64,000 nt of DNA from a virus. Positions 1-10,406 of this stretch are shown one piece after another. The translations under genes and the position numbers were made by a program. The first letter of the stretch is position 1, and each line of letters opens with the position of its first letter. Under the pieces are notes generated by a model. The model made no database searches. It was given only the letters and a program-made list of their open reading frames with translations, and was not told the origin of the DNA. The DNA is taken from IMG/VR virus record IMGVR_UViG_3300009374_000001, positions 1-64,000 of that record, one strand, 5' to 3'.

Positions 1-93
1 GACGCAGCAGACTTGGTTAAGGGCGAAATTGATGATGTGAAAGACGCATCAGACTTGGTTAAAGGCGAAATTGATGATGTGAAAGACGCAGCA
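1..93 (+). repeat. 42-bp coding tandem repeat (just over 2 copies visible)
   Basis: gacgca(g/t)cagacttggttaa(g/a)ggcgaaattgatgatgtgaaa at 1 and 43; a third copy starts at 85. Confidence 0.9.
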
Positions 94-150
94 GAATCAG
101 ATAGAGATGCAATAGCTGCAGCTAAGTCAGATGCAGAAGCACCTAAATAA
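1..150 (+). CDS. 3' end of a protein with acidic 14-aa tandem repeats (partial)
   Basis: Frame 1 is open to TAA at 148-150: DAADLVKGEIDDVK-DASDLVKGEIDDVK-DAAESDRDAIAAAKSDAEAPK*. Confidence 0.7.
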   Translation, partial: DAADLVKGEIDDVKDASDLVKGEIDDVKDAAESDRDAIAAAKSDAEAPK

Positions 151-163
151 CTACATTTAAAAG

Positions 164-967
164 ATGATATTAGATTTAATTACATATAATATACTTATTC
201 AAACGTTTAACTCGCTTATAGGCTTTGGCTTTGAAGTTAGTAATATAAAAATAAGACATAAAGGGAAAATACTATTGTTTAATGATTTAAGCAGCTTCAT
301 GTCTCATGTTTTTTTAATGAACAAGGCCCATGTGTTAGATAATATATTTACAGCTGATGTATTAAAGAAATTTAGAGGTGATTTAAGCAGAGGCTATATT
401 CAGCATGAAATGTTTAGTTTAAGCAATGAAAATTTATATAGTAAAGGCAATATAGTCGAGCTAATAGGGGTGCATCTTAGTAGAAGAAAAGAAGCATATG
501 ATATTATGCGAATTTCGAATATAAAACATATTATAGTTAATAGAGGTGATTCTGTAGAAGCATTTAGAAATATAATTATGCAAACGTTAGACATGTACAA
601 AGAAATATTACTAAAAGTTAAAGATCTTTCGACATTGCTTCCAGATAACATTTTAAACAAATTAAGTAATTTTGATGTAGATGCACTAGAATTATTTGCA
701 ATATATTTTAATGTAATGAAATACAATACTAAATCTAAGCTAAACGACAACATACTGCAAAAGATGTATATTAAGAAAGAAGATCTAATAAATTACAAGA
801 CTTTGACAAATTCTATATTGATACAAAAAGCTGCGTTTAAGCCTGAATATGAAAATGAACTGATATTTGATAGTGAAAGTATAGGCGATGATGTGTATGA
901 TGGTGGATCTATTAGCGCTGAAGGAGAAGAAGTCTCTAGCAATTCTAGCGACGTTATATTAAAGTAA
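164..967 (+). CDS. hypothetical protein
   Basis: 267-aa ORF with no recognised motif. Confidence 0.6.
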   Translation: MILDLITYNILIQTFNSLIGFGFEVSNIKIRHKGKILLFNDLSSFMSHVFLMNKAHVLDNIFTADVLKKFRGDLSRGYIQHEMFSLSNENLYSKGNIVELIGVHLSRRKEAYDIMRISNIKHIIVNRGDSVEAFRNIIMQTLDMYKEILLKVKDLSTLLPDNILNKLSNFDVDALELFAIYFNVMKYNTKSKLNDNILQKMYIKKEDLINYKTLTNSILIQKAAFKPEYENELIFDSESIGDDVYDGGSISAEGEEVSSNSSDVILK

Positions 968-968
968 G

Positions 969-995
969 AAACAAAAGAAGCACAAGCTATATAAT
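969..995 (+). promoter_or_regulatory. putative early/middle promoter AAAC-N17-TATAAT
   Basis: AAAC at 969-972 and TATAAT at 990-995; same layout at 11084, 38180 and 53228. Confidence 0.6.
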
Positions 996-1017
996 TAATA
1001 AATAATAGTATATAGCT

Positions 1018-1524
1018 ATGGGACAAAAAATTAAATATCAATGGATTAAAGGTGATGATTTTGGAAAAGTTGTTGAATTTGATAGAGAAGATGACAAATT
1101 CACTTATTTTATAGACGGTACAAAAATATTTAGTAATGTTAAAAGTGAATTCTTAATGCTAATAAATGATGATAATCCAGAATTGCCTGTTAATAAGACA
1201 CAGACAGAAGCTACTAAGATAGCTAACGAAGATAGGTCTGACCCTGTGAAAGTTGAAACTAAAATAAGTCCAATTATGGATTTACTTACTAAGCTTAAGT
1301 CTAATAAAACAAAAGTAAACATAGAAATTGATATATCGCTCCCACCTGCTTCGCTATATGATATAATGAAAGAAGCATTTGGAGATGAAGTAGATTTTTG
1401 CATAGAGTCGTATGCAATAAACAGCATAGATAAAGAAAGCATTTTTTTAAATGTTGAAAAAACAATTATTAATAAAGTTAAAAAATTTATTAAGCTACAT
1501 AAAAAAGAAGTAATAAATGAGTGA
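1018..1524 (+). CDS. hypothetical protein
   Basis: 168-aa ORF downstream of the promoter motif; overlaps the next gene. Confidence 0.7.
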   Translation: MGQKIKYQWIKGDDFGKVVEFDREDDKFTYFIDGTKIFSNVKSEFLMLINDDNPELPVNKTQTEATKIANEDRSDPVKVETKISPIMDLLTKLKSNKTKVNIEIDISLPPASLYDIMKEAFGDEVDFCIESYAINSIDKESIFLNVEKTIINKVKKFIKLHKKEVINE

Positions 1525-1936
1525 AGAACTTTCAATTAAACAGAGAACGATATTTAGATTTGTATACACTAAATCAAAAAATGCATTTTTAACATATTAT
1601 AAAAAATCAAGTAAAGAATATACTAAAATCGACTATAGCGATATTTCTAGTAAATTAATAAAAAATGATGTACTAGGGCATGAGCCTTCTCCTCTTCTTA
1701 TAAATTTAGATATACATAGAAGAGTAAATAATGCAATAGAGAAGCCAGATATAAGCGCAATACTTTACAAGCTAGATTCTATTGATGAAAAAAATATCAT
1801 AAAAGTTAAAAAATCTATATCTAAAGCAGCAATAGAAGAATTAGTTTTTGAAATTGTATTAATAAACTATAATGATTACGACTTCTCACCTTCTTTTATA
1901 GAAGGGTTTTCTTCTATAGTCTCTTTACATACATAA
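1517..1936 (+). CDS. hypothetical protein
   Basis: 139-aa ORF, translationally coupled at both ends. Confidence 0.65.
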   Translation: MSEELSIKQRTIFRFVYTKSKNAFLTYYKKSSKEYTKIDYSDISSKLIKNDVLGHEPSPLLINLDIHRRVNNAIEKPDISAILYKLDSIDEKNIIKVKKSISKAAIEELVFEIVLINYNDYDFSPSFIEGFSSIVSLHT

Positions 1937-2541
1937 TGCACTCAAACAAGAAAAAGCACAAATTTATAGAACACAGGCTATTCAATACTGGTGAGAAAAT
2001 TGCTGCACTATTAAGTTTATATCCTAAGCCCAGAATTTTATTTCCAGTTAAAGCTATAATCATGGATGTAAAATACGACGAATATAATCCAAAATATTTA
2101 ATTAAGCTAACGCATTTTCATGATTCATTTACGTTCATTAAGAAAAATTTCATAGAGTCTGAGCATCATTATAGATTAAGCGGTACCAGTAAGCAATCAC
2201 TACCGTTAACTATTATTAATAAAGTTAAAGCAAAAGAAATAACTTCAAATGAAATGCTGCTAAACGAATTTAATGCATATGAAAACCAAGCGAAACTTTA
2301 TTATGTTGTTGATTCTGTCATGTGTACTAAAACACTGCCTTCTCTTATAGAAATATTTAATAAATTACAAGATTATTACATTGAAGATAGTTTAAGCAGT
2401 ATTAAAACATATGCTTTAAGAGTTTCATATACTGGGCAATATAAAATGAACACTTTACATGCTTTTAACTTGAGACTTAGAAAGTTTATAGGAGATTTAG
2501 TTAAAAATGATACATGGGAGTATTTTGCCAAATATTTATAA
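1936..2541 (+). CDS. hypothetical protein
   Basis: 201-aa ORF with TAATG stop/start overlap. Confidence 0.65.
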   Translation: MHSNKKKHKFIEHRLFNTGEKIAALLSLYPKPRILFPVKAIIMDVKYDEYNPKYLIKLTHFHDSFTFIKKNFIESEHHYRLSGTSKQSLPLTIINKVKAKEITSNEMLLNEFNAYENQAKLYYVVDSVMCTKTLPSLIEIFNKLQDYYIEDSLSSIKTYALRVSYTGQYKMNTLHAFNLRLRKFIGDLVKNDTWEYFAKYL

Positions 2542-2581
2542 TATAATTAAGATAAATATAATAAATAAAACTTTTTAGTAT

Positions 2582-4222
2582 ATGCCGACATATGATGAGC
2601 AAAAACAGATAAAAAAACAAAAAATAACACCAAGCGAGGTTAAAGATTTTGGTAAAGGAGTTGAAGCTAGCTATAATCGTCATAGCTTATTTCAATACTC
2701 TGGCATGCCGTTTAATGGGAATAATTTAAGTAAAGACGCATATTTATTAGAAAATTGGGCAAACGTGAGCTCTCCTGGCTCAAAGAACCCAACAGCAAAA
2801 AACATTATTAATAATCTATCTGCATTTACAGCTAGTACGTTTACAGCTGAAGATTTTATGTCAGCTAGATATTATGGTAAGATCCCAAATAATCAACTAA
2901 TTACGTTAAGAAGATTTGCAATACCACATGCAGATAATTTATTTGAAAATTCAGCCCAAGATGAAGATGGAGACTGGCATAACACAGAAACACCAGATAT
3001 GGCAAGGGCTGTAACCTGGATAAGCGAAGCTACTAACAATAAACTTTCTGAAATTTTAAACTTCGGTGTTGGCTTTAACTGGGGAGAAGTTGAAGGTGTT
3101 TCACAGACTTTAGATGCAACTGGTGGCTCTATGGCAGATAGTGGCATCGGTCAAATCGATAGCGGCTTTTTTCAATCAATGCTAACAGCTGGACAAGGCT
3201 TAAATCCAGCACAGACTGCAAATTTAAAGAACTTTGAAGGCTCAGATCCGCTAGCAGAAACTTACCCAAATTTTATTCATGGGCCATTGAATGTTATACA
3301 CAAAGTATTAATGCAAGAACGGGGCTTAAAGTATGAGCAGGAGTTTACTCTTAATTTTTATTATGACTTAAGAGCTATTGATGGGGCTAATCCAAAACTT
3401 AATTTTCTTGATTTATTTTCTAATTTGCTTATATTGACATATAACACCGCACCATTCTGGGGAGGCGAGTCTAGAATGAAGCCTAATTTTAGAGCAGGCA
3501 AACCGTTGGGCGATTATAATGCTTTAATTGAAGGAGACTATAAAAAATTTACAGAAACTGCATTTCAAGACATGAAAACCATGATTGATACTTTAACTTC
3601 TGAGGAAGATGGAACACAACCAGAAGGCTGGCTTTCGTGGTTTAAGAAAGCAGGAAATGCTCTCAGTAAGATTACAAGCAATACATTAGGTAGTTTTTTT
3701 ATGAAAACTATAGCAGGCAAGCAGAATCATCAAGTAGTTAAAGCTTTATTAAGTGGAGATCCAGTGGGTCAGTGGCATTTAACAATTGGCAACCCTTTAA
3801 ATCCAGTTGCAATGATTGGGAATTTAGTATTAGAAGATGCTAAATTTGAGTTTGAAGGGCCACTTGGTTTTGATGATTTTCCATCTGGCTTAAAAATGAC
3901 AGTTACGTTAAAGCCTGGTAGAGCAAGAGATAAATCTGAAATTGAAAGTATGTTTAATTGCGGTAGAGGAAGATTATATTATGACCCAGAGAAACCAAGA
4001 GAAGGGTCGCCTTCTGTAGATTTTCTCAGTTCAGGGTATGAAGGAAATAAAGCATCAGTATATGGGACGAATCCAGAAACAGACGGGCTATTATCTGGGA
4101 AATTTCCAGCGATGAATGAAGATCTTAAGATGCAGTATAAACACATGAATGCTGGAATGTCAAACGAATACAATGCTAACCATGCACTAAAAAATCATGT
4201 TATTAATTCAATAAATCACTAA
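2582..4222 (+). CDS. putative baseplate/tail-tube junction protein (gp48/gp54-like)
   Basis: Lies directly before a gp53-like gene; C-terminal tube-fold-like segment WHLTIGNP..MIGNLVLEDAKFEFEGPLGFDDFPSGLKMTVTLKP. Confidence 0.45.
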   Translation: MPTYDEQKQIKKQKITPSEVKDFGKGVEASYNRHSLFQYSGMPFNGNNLSKDAYLLENWANVSSPGSKNPTAKNIINNLSAFTASTFTAEDFMSARYYGKIPNNQLITLRRFAIPHADNLFENSAQDEDGDWHNTETPDMARAVTWISEATNNKLSEILNFGVGFNWGEVEGVSQTLDATGGSMADSGIGQIDSGFFQSMLTAGQGLNPAQTANLKNFEGSDPLAETYPNFIHGPLNVIHKVLMQERGLKYEQEFTLNFYYDLRAIDGANPKLNFLDLFSNLLILTYNTAPFWGGESRMKPNFRAGKPLGDYNALIEGDYKKFTETAFQDMKTMIDTLTSEEDGTQPEGWLSWFKKAGNALSKITSNTLGSFFMKTIAGKQNHQVVKALLSGDPVGQWHLTIGNPLNPVAMIGNLVLEDAKFEFEGPLGFDDFPSGLKMTVTLKPGRARDKSEIESMFNCGRGRLYYDPEKPREGSPSVDFLSSGYEGNKASVYGTNPETDGLLSGKFPAMNEDLKMQYKHMNAGMSNEYNANHALKNHVINSINH

Positions 4223-4223
4223 T

Positions 4224-5510
4224 ATGCAATTTACAACGCTTACTAATAAAAAGACCATAGTAAAGAACAGTACTTTACAAAAAGATATGGTAGATCTTAC
4301 AATAAACCTGGATGGCTCTTTAAAGCCAGAATTTTTGCACACAGTTTTTAAACACGAAGAAATGAGGCCAGACTTAATCTCGATATCATACTATAATACT
4401 CCAAAGTATGCAGATATTATTTTAAAGTTTAATGGTATTTCAAACCCGTTTTCCATTAAAGAAGATGATATATTACATATCCCATATTTGATTGATATTA
4501 CAGCTGCAGTAAAGAAATCTCAAAAGAGTAAAAATAAACCGAAAGACCAGTTTATAAACAAAAAGAAGATGTCAGAAGCTGATAAGAAAAGGCTAGAGTA
4601 TCTAAAGTCTCTCAATACTAAAAAGGCTTCAGCAGAAAATTTACCGCCCAATATGCTAAAAGACAATGAAGCTGGTATTACACGAAAAGATGGTGAATCT
4701 ACTTTAGGGCTTTCTGGTAAAAAGAGTAATGCATTAACTGTAAATTTTGAAAAGCTGGGTGATTTACTAAGAGGGAAAAAAATTAAAACAAACAATGAAC
4801 AAGACTTAATTCTGTTTAATGGGATTATTGCGCCAGTAGGGTCTCCTAGCGGAAACCCGCCGCCGGTGCTAAGCAATCCATACACAGATATTAATGGTAA
4901 TTTTTGGACATGGGTTAGCGTTCCGGCACCTGGGCATTGGGCACTAGTAGATAGTTCGATTATAGCACCAGCAGGCTCTCCAAGCGGAAACCCACCGCCG
5001 ATGCTAAGCAATCCATACACAGATGCTGGTGGGAATGTCTGGATCTGGAACCCAGAACCACCACCCGGGCGTTGGGGATTATCTAGCTTAGGGGATGTTG
5101 TTTTTGTTGAAAAAAATCGTGGGAGTAATGATGAGATTGTACTCCCAAAAGGTACTCGTGGAAGCAGTGGTAGTGCTGGAGATACTTCTAATGAAACAGA
5201 AAGCGATTGTGAAGATACTAAAAATGATACAAGTATAGAATTAAACACATGCGACGGTGACACGCTAATTATTAAAGGCTCAGATCTTGATAATATAGCA
5301 GAAAAACTTGCATGCATAAAAGAAAATAAAACATATATGGATGATGCATTACAAAGCGTCTTAGATACACATCCAGATTGTTTTGTTTCATACTCAGCAA
5401 GTAATGAACTATTTAGATCAACTAGCAATGCTACAGACTATTTAGTTAAAGCAGAAGATATAGATGCAGAAACAGTTGCAAACTTCTGTGATAAAAATGC
5501 AGGAAGATAA
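4224..5510 (+). CDS. baseplate wedge protein gp53-like (LysM) with extended C-terminus
   Basis: EEMRPDLISISYY..YADIILKFNGISNPFSIKEDDILHIP is the gp53/LysM signature. Confidence 0.75.
   Translation: MQFTTLTNKKTIVKNSTLQKDMVDLTINLDGSLKPEFLHTVFKHEEMRPDLISISYYNTPKYADIILKFNGISNPFSIKEDDILHIPYLIDITAAVKKSQKSKNKPKDQFINKKKMSEADKKRLEYLKSLNTKKASAENLPPNMLKDNEAGITRKDGESTLGLSGKKSNALTVNFEKLGDLLRGKKIKTNNEQDLILFNGIIAPVGSPSGNPPPVLSNPYTDINGNFWTWVSVPAPGHWALVDSSIIAPAGSPSGNPPPMLSNPYTDAGGNVWIWNPEPPPGRWGLSSLGDVVFVEKNRGSNDEIVLPKGTRGSSGSAGDTSNETESDCEDTKNDTSIELNTCDGDTLIIKGSDLDNIAEKLACIKENKTYMDDALQSVLDTHPDCFVSYSASNELFRSTSNATDYLVKAEDIDAETVANFCDKNAGR
4824..5093 (+). repeat. 135-bp (45-aa) tandem duplication, Pro/Trp-rich
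   Basis: IIAPVGSPSGNPPPVLSNPYTD..W.W..G.W at 4824 and IIAPAGSPSGNPPPMLSNPYTD..W.W..G.W at 4959; locally GC-rich. Confidence 0.9.
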
Positions 5511-5513
5511 TAT

Positions 5514-7007
5514 ATGAGCAGCATTAAAAAGAACATACTAACTATATCAGAGCCTTCTTTAGATATAAATGACATTACTATACCAGATTTAGACACTATA
5601 GATATAAGTAAAGAATACGGCGATAAAGTACCCGTGATTAGAATTAATGCATATGAATTTGGGCAACAAGACATTCTTAAATTTAGTGTTAACATGCATG
5701 GTTTTTTACCAGTACTTAATCTTTCAGTTTCAGATGCACAGGGAATGTTTAAACAAAGATCATACCCACGAGATGGGGATTTAATTGAGTTGTATATAGC
5801 ATCACCAGATGATAATGTATATAAACCAATTAGATGCGACTTTTTTATAAACTCTGTAGCATCAAAGACCAATGATGTATATAGATTTGACGGCGTCTTG
5901 TATATACCAGAAATTTTTAAAGAAGACTGTAAATCATATGAAGAAGATAGTAGCTTTAATCACTTACTTAGCACAGCAGATGAACTGCAAATTGGCTTTG
6001 CTAGTAATATAGAAAATAGTAATGACATAATGAAAAGAATCAACGCGTTCGATACGTTAGAACATTTTATTAAAAAGACTTCTATGCATTCATATAAAGA
6101 TGAAGAATCGTTCTTCGATTCTTACGTCGACATGTATTATTATTTAAACTTTGTAGATGTTAATGCTCAGTTTAATAGCGTGGATGATGAATTGGAAGAA
6201 AGTCTTATGGTATCTAGTGAAAATACTGCAATTTATCCAGATGATAATAAAAATATAAATCAGATAGATGCGCCGTTAATTTTGTCAAACATATATTCTT
6301 TTAAAGGCACTAGAAATTACATTAAAAGTTATAAACTTGTAAACAACACTGGAGTCACTAATAAGAAAAATGGATATACGAGGGTTTTGCAATATTATGA
6401 TTTTGGGGATTTAACAGAAACAAATTCTATAGCTAATTATTTATCATTTGAGGTGAATCCGCTCGCAAGTAATAAAATAAAAGATGGAAGCTTTACCTTA
6501 AATATGACAGGAGCTAGAGATAATCAACAAGAAGAAATTATCAAGTATAAGTTTTTAGGAAAGCATAGTGGTACTACGACATTCGGTAATACGCATGATA
6601 ATTATAAATATGCAGCAATACAAAATCTACACAACATTGAAGAAGTTAATAAGATAAGCTTAATAGTAGAATTAGAAAACGCAAACATGGCATTATATAA
6701 ATACCAACAGGTTCCAGTAGGTATTTTTATACAAGACCCAACTACAGTAGAAGAGATCAGGTTTGATATTGAAAAATTAAAAGAGATTGATCATAACGTA
6801 AGTGGAGATAGACAAGCTGCTATAGATGAATATATTACTATGATAGAAGAAGATCTTAAAATATATGAAGACTCAGAAGAACTAAGAGACTCAGTTTTAT
6901 CTGGGATATATATTATCGGAAACATAGAATACAAATATAGAAAAGGAGATAAAAATATGACACAGGTTTTAACTCTACTAAGAAGAGAATGGCCAGTTTG
7001 GATATAA
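5514..7007 (+). CDS. putative baseplate hub protein (gp27/gpD-like)
   Basis: Size and position between the gp53-like and spike genes; C-terminal LSGIYIIGNIEYKY..QVLTLLRR resembles hub ends. Confidence 0.5.
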   Translation: MSSIKKNILTISEPSLDINDITIPDLDTIDISKEYGDKVPVIRINAYEFGQQDILKFSVNMHGFLPVLNLSVSDAQGMFKQRSYPRDGDLIELYIASPDDNVYKPIRCDFFINSVASKTNDVYRFDGVLYIPEIFKEDCKSYEEDSSFNHLLSTADELQIGFASNIENSNDIMKRINAFDTLEHFIKKTSMHSYKDEESFFDSYVDMYYYLNFVDVNAQFNSVDDELEESLMVSSENTAIYPDDNKNINQIDAPLILSNIYSFKGTRNYIKSYKLVNNTGVTNKKNGYTRVLQYYDFGDLTETNSIANYLSFEVNPLASNKIKDGSFTLNMTGARDNQQEEIIKYKFLGKHSGTTTFGNTHDNYKYAAIQNLHNIEEVNKISLIVELENANMALYKYQQVPVGIFIQDPTTVEEIRFDIEKLKEIDHNVSGDRQAAIDEYITMIEEDLKIYEDSEELRDSVLSGIYIIGNIEYKYRKGDKNMTQVLTLLRREWPVWI

Positions 7008-7011
7008 TAAT

Positions 7012-8547
7012 ATGAAGAAGCATGGTAACGCAATACAAGATTTTTTAATTAAAGACAGTGAAAAGATATTAGAGTTACAGCGACCCTATTCATTAAAAGA
7101 TAGATACGACTTTCTAAAAAAAGATACTAGTCTTAATAAGCAACTAATCAGTGGAAGACAAGATCCTACATATCTTTCATTCGTCTTATTATTTGATAGT
7201 ATAGATGCAATAAACTCTCCATTTTTATCAACAAGCATGGAAGATAATACAGCACTTAAATATTTGAATGATATTAAAGATTTTAGAAGAGTAAAATATC
7301 TCGAACATTTTATAGAAGCATTTAAATCTATTAATAAAAATATGCCGTGGTTTTGGCAAAGCATTGATGGTATTGATAATTTATTTAAACTTAAAGGCTT
7401 AGAAGATACATATAGAGGTGGCGATGATTCTATTTTAACTATCAATACTCTTGAATCAATTGAACTACCAATTAGTGGATTGATGAATTTATATAGACAT
7501 ATATGCTATGACACACAGTACGGGAGAGTTATATTACCAGAGAATTTGAGAAAGTTTGGATTTTTATTATACATATCAGAAATTAGACTTGTTAGAAATT
7601 CAAGACATTTAAAGAATACAGGAACAGGAGTGCTAAAATATGATACAGAACAAGATCAACGAGATAAAGCAATAAACTATCTAGTTGGAGAAAATTCACC
7701 ATATTATGTTTTTTCATTATCAAATTGCGAGTTTAATTATGATGAATCGTTTGAATCATTTGGAAATTTAAGTAAAGAAGCACCAGAAGCAATAGGAGGC
7801 AAAATTGTCATTAATTATGAAAATGTTGATTTAATAGAATCTCAAACTATGCCTGGTTACTTGGGATATAAGATGACTAATAAAGAAAACTATATCATGC
7901 AAAGCGGAGATGGTAGCAAAGCTGAGCAAGCTGGGCAGTTTGGAAAAGAAAGCTTTGATCTAGATGAATCAGAAGAAGAAATTAAAAGAGCTAATAAGTT
8001 AAAAGATAATTCAGATACATTAGAATCTTTAGATGACTATATTAGTCAATCATCTAAAGCACAAGATAATTTAGGTATCGTGGATGGATATAAGGGAAAG
8101 CAAGAAACTTTACCAATCGGGCATGTAGAAGCAGAGTCAAACGCAGCAGACGCACAGAGCGGCTCGCTTAGCATAGACCCTATCTATGAAAAAGAAGATG
8201 GTGGCTTTGCCCAAAGCATATTAGATCAAGTTAAAGAGCTAGGGAATAGTATAGAAGACTCATTATTAGCTGCGCCTGAACGATTAAAAAATTCTGCCAT
8301 ACAATATGGGCAGGATTTAGTTTCAGGCTATGTTAATTCGCTGTTACTTGGAAACGTATATGGATTAAACGTACATACAGTAGGGCAAGCTCTTGAGCAG
8401 GCAAGCGTTCAAGGCTTAAGAGATGTATTTTCAGGTTCAGACGTAGAAGGTATTGGTCCAGCAATAGGAAGCAATGTGCATGAACGGGGTGCATCATCAA
8501 GCAATGCACAAAGTAATAACCCAGACAACGTATATGATGAGCAATAA
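7012..8547 (+). CDS. putative tail/baseplate structural protein (tube-like fold)
   Basis: QDPTYLSF..PWFWQSIDGID..LTINTLES..ILPENLRKF; structural-module context. Confidence 0.4.
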   Translation: MKKHGNAIQDFLIKDSEKILELQRPYSLKDRYDFLKKDTSLNKQLISGRQDPTYLSFVLLFDSIDAINSPFLSTSMEDNTALKYLNDIKDFRRVKYLEHFIEAFKSINKNMPWFWQSIDGIDNLFKLKGLEDTYRGGDDSILTINTLESIELPISGLMNLYRHICYDTQYGRVILPENLRKFGFLLYISEIRLVRNSRHLKNTGTGVLKYDTEQDQRDKAINYLVGENSPYYVFSLSNCEFNYDESFESFGNLSKEAPEAIGGKIVINYENVDLIESQTMPGYLGYKMTNKENYIMQSGDGSKAEQAGQFGKESFDLDESEEEIKRANKLKDNSDTLESLDDYISQSSKAQDNLGIVDGYKGKQETLPIGHVEAESNAADAQSGSLSIDPIYEKEDGGFAQSILDQVKELGNSIEDSLLAAPERLKNSAIQYGQDLVSGYVNSLLLGNVYGLNVHTVGQALEQASVQGLRDVFSGSDVEGIGPAIGSNVHERGASSSNAQSNNPDNVYDEQ

Positions 8548-8571
8548 GATAGTGATTTTGGAGTATAAGTA

Positions 8572-9360
8572 ATGGAACTAACAGATATTAAAAAACCAGA
8601 TAGATTAAGCGACATCGATTGGCTGGGTGAAGTCGTTGATATTGAAGATCCTCATTTTTTAGGAAGGGTTAAAGTTAAAGTGTTTGGGAAGTTTGATTTG
8701 CTTGAAAACGATTTTATCCCATGGGCAACGCCCAGCACCTCTATAACTGCCGCATCAGAAACAGGAGGAGGTTTTTTCTCTGTTCCAAAGCTTAATAGTA
8801 TAGTAAGCATCAAGTTCGATAATAATTCTATATATGAACCTGTATATTTTTATAATGTGCATATTTCAAAAGACTTAAAGACAGAATTAGAGCCAAGCTA
8901 TTTAAATGCGCATTCTTTAATATATGATACTATCATAGAAGGTGGCTTAAAAATTTATTTCACAGAGAATGAATCTGGGAGTGGCACAACGGGGCTGGTG
9001 TTTAACTATAAAGACACCGTAATAAACATAAAGAACGATAGCTCTGTTGAGGTTAAGAACCCAAATGGTGATAATATCGAAATGCTTAACGATGGAAACA
9101 TCAATATAAAATGTTCTAGCAATGTGACTTTAAAGAACGAAGGAAACACTATATTAACAACAAAGGGAAATATACATCTTAACTCAAGCAATACAGATTC
9201 AGTAAGACTTGGTGCAGGGTTTGCTGAGAAAATTCTAAAGGGCCAGACTTTTCAAAGACTTTATAACTCACATACACATCCGACACCTACTGGCCCGAGT
9301 GGCCCGCCAATCCAGCAATCAATACCAACAGATTTATCTAAAACAACAAAATCAGACTAA
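8572..9360 (+). CDS. baseplate central spike (gp5/gpV-like, OB-fold, no lysozyme domain)
   Basis: WLGEVVDIEDPHFLGRVKVKVFG..IPWA OB-fold; beta-helix repeats; C-terminal HTH (HxH) apex motif. Confidence 0.85.
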   Translation: MELTDIKKPDRLSDIDWLGEVVDIEDPHFLGRVKVKVFGKFDLLENDFIPWATPSTSITAASETGGGFFSVPKLNSIVSIKFDNNSIYEPVYFYNVHISKDLKTELEPSYLNAHSLIYDTIIEGGLKIYFTENESGSGTTGLVFNYKDTVINIKNDSSVEVKNPNGDNIEMLNDGNINIKCSSNVTLKNEGNTILTTKGNIHLNSSNTDSVRLGAGFAEKILKGQTFQRLYNSHTHPTPTGPSGPPIQQSIPTDLSKTTKSD

Positions 9361-10406
9361 TGATAAACTGGGATAATTTAAAGGAGAGCTTTATTGGGTA
9401 TTTTGACTCATTTAATTTTAATGTTAGCAGAGGAGATTTTCAAACAGAAGAATTGACTTACTATATTCCAGCCATAAAACCAGGGGAAAACATAAGGTAT
9501 ACCGGCACAGAGCTTTCAGATGTTTGGTTTAATTTATTTCAAAACGCGCTATTAGATGGTAAGGCCGGTGGTCATAATTCTATTAACAGAAATTATGAAG
9601 TGCAAGCTGTTAATGAAGAAGGTGAGATTCAGGTTATGTATGTTGATTCTATATCATATAATGTAACTGAATATACAATGGACGATGACAACAATTTAAT
9701 TCAAAATACATATAATAATTTTAATAAGTTTAAAGATTCTACCGCTTTATTGTTTAATCAGATGTTTAGTAGCGATTTAAGTAGTAAAAAGGTTAATGGG
9801 AACTGGATCGTATATGATAATCTTAAACATAATGAAACTAAGCCTTATGGTAAGCTTCATGAATATGCAGATGCCCTAGCAAAGTATATAGGAAGTTTAA
9901 AGTTTAATAACGAACCTTATAATATTTTAAAACAAATACATCCTTCATTAGACGATAGCAAAATTAAACCTAATCCCGGGATTATGTTAATTAGCTCTAG
10001 TTATAAAAATGCAAAAGAGGGCGAAGGCGAAAATAAAGAAAATGATGATATAATTTTTTTACAGGGCACTATTGAAGATGATGGTAATTATGAATATCCC
10101 GGTGTCTTTTGGACTTATAATGGTGAAAGATTGTTTGAACCTAACGTGTTTATAGACTTTCATAGAAGAGTGCTAGAAAATGCAGAAGGTAATTTTATTG
10201 CACAAAAGAATTTAGGCATAATGGAACATGATATGCCTTTAGATTGTATGACACCTGAACTAGAAGCATTATTAATTGATTGGGATAACATAACAGACCC
10301 AGATAATATAAATGAAATGGAAGTTGAAAGTATAGATGAAAATGGAAATAGTATAACAGAAATACAAAGAACAGAGCTTCCTATAAGCTGGAGAGGAATT
10401 TTATAA
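9360..10406 (+). CDS. hypothetical protein, probably virion-associated
   Basis: 348-aa ORF coupled to the spike gene (TAATG). Confidence 0.55.
   Translation: MINWDNLKESFIGYFDSFNFNVSRGDFQTEELTYYIPAIKPGENIRYTGTELSDVWFNLFQNALLDGKAGGHNSINRNYEVQAVNEEGEIQVMYVDSISYNVTEYTMDDDNNLIQNTYNNFNKFKDSTALLFNQMFSSDLSSKKVNGNWIVYDNLKHNETKPYGKLHEYADALAKYIGSLKFNNEPYNILKQIHPSLDDSKIKPNPGIMLISSSYKNAKEGEGENKENDDIIFLQGTIEDDGNYEYPGVFWTYNGERLFEPNVFIDFHRRVLENAEGNFIAQKNLGIMEHDMPLDCMTPELEALLIDWDNITDPDNINEMEVESIDENGNSITEIQRTELPISWRGIL

Noticed and set aside
1-93. CRISPR array
   Set aside because: Head-to-tail in-frame repeats with no unique spacers; the same applies to 42663-42735
4824-5093. Diversity-generating retroelement template/variable repeat pair
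   Set aside because: Differences are largely synonymous and not adenine-specific, both copies are in one ORF, and no reverse transcriptase is in the window
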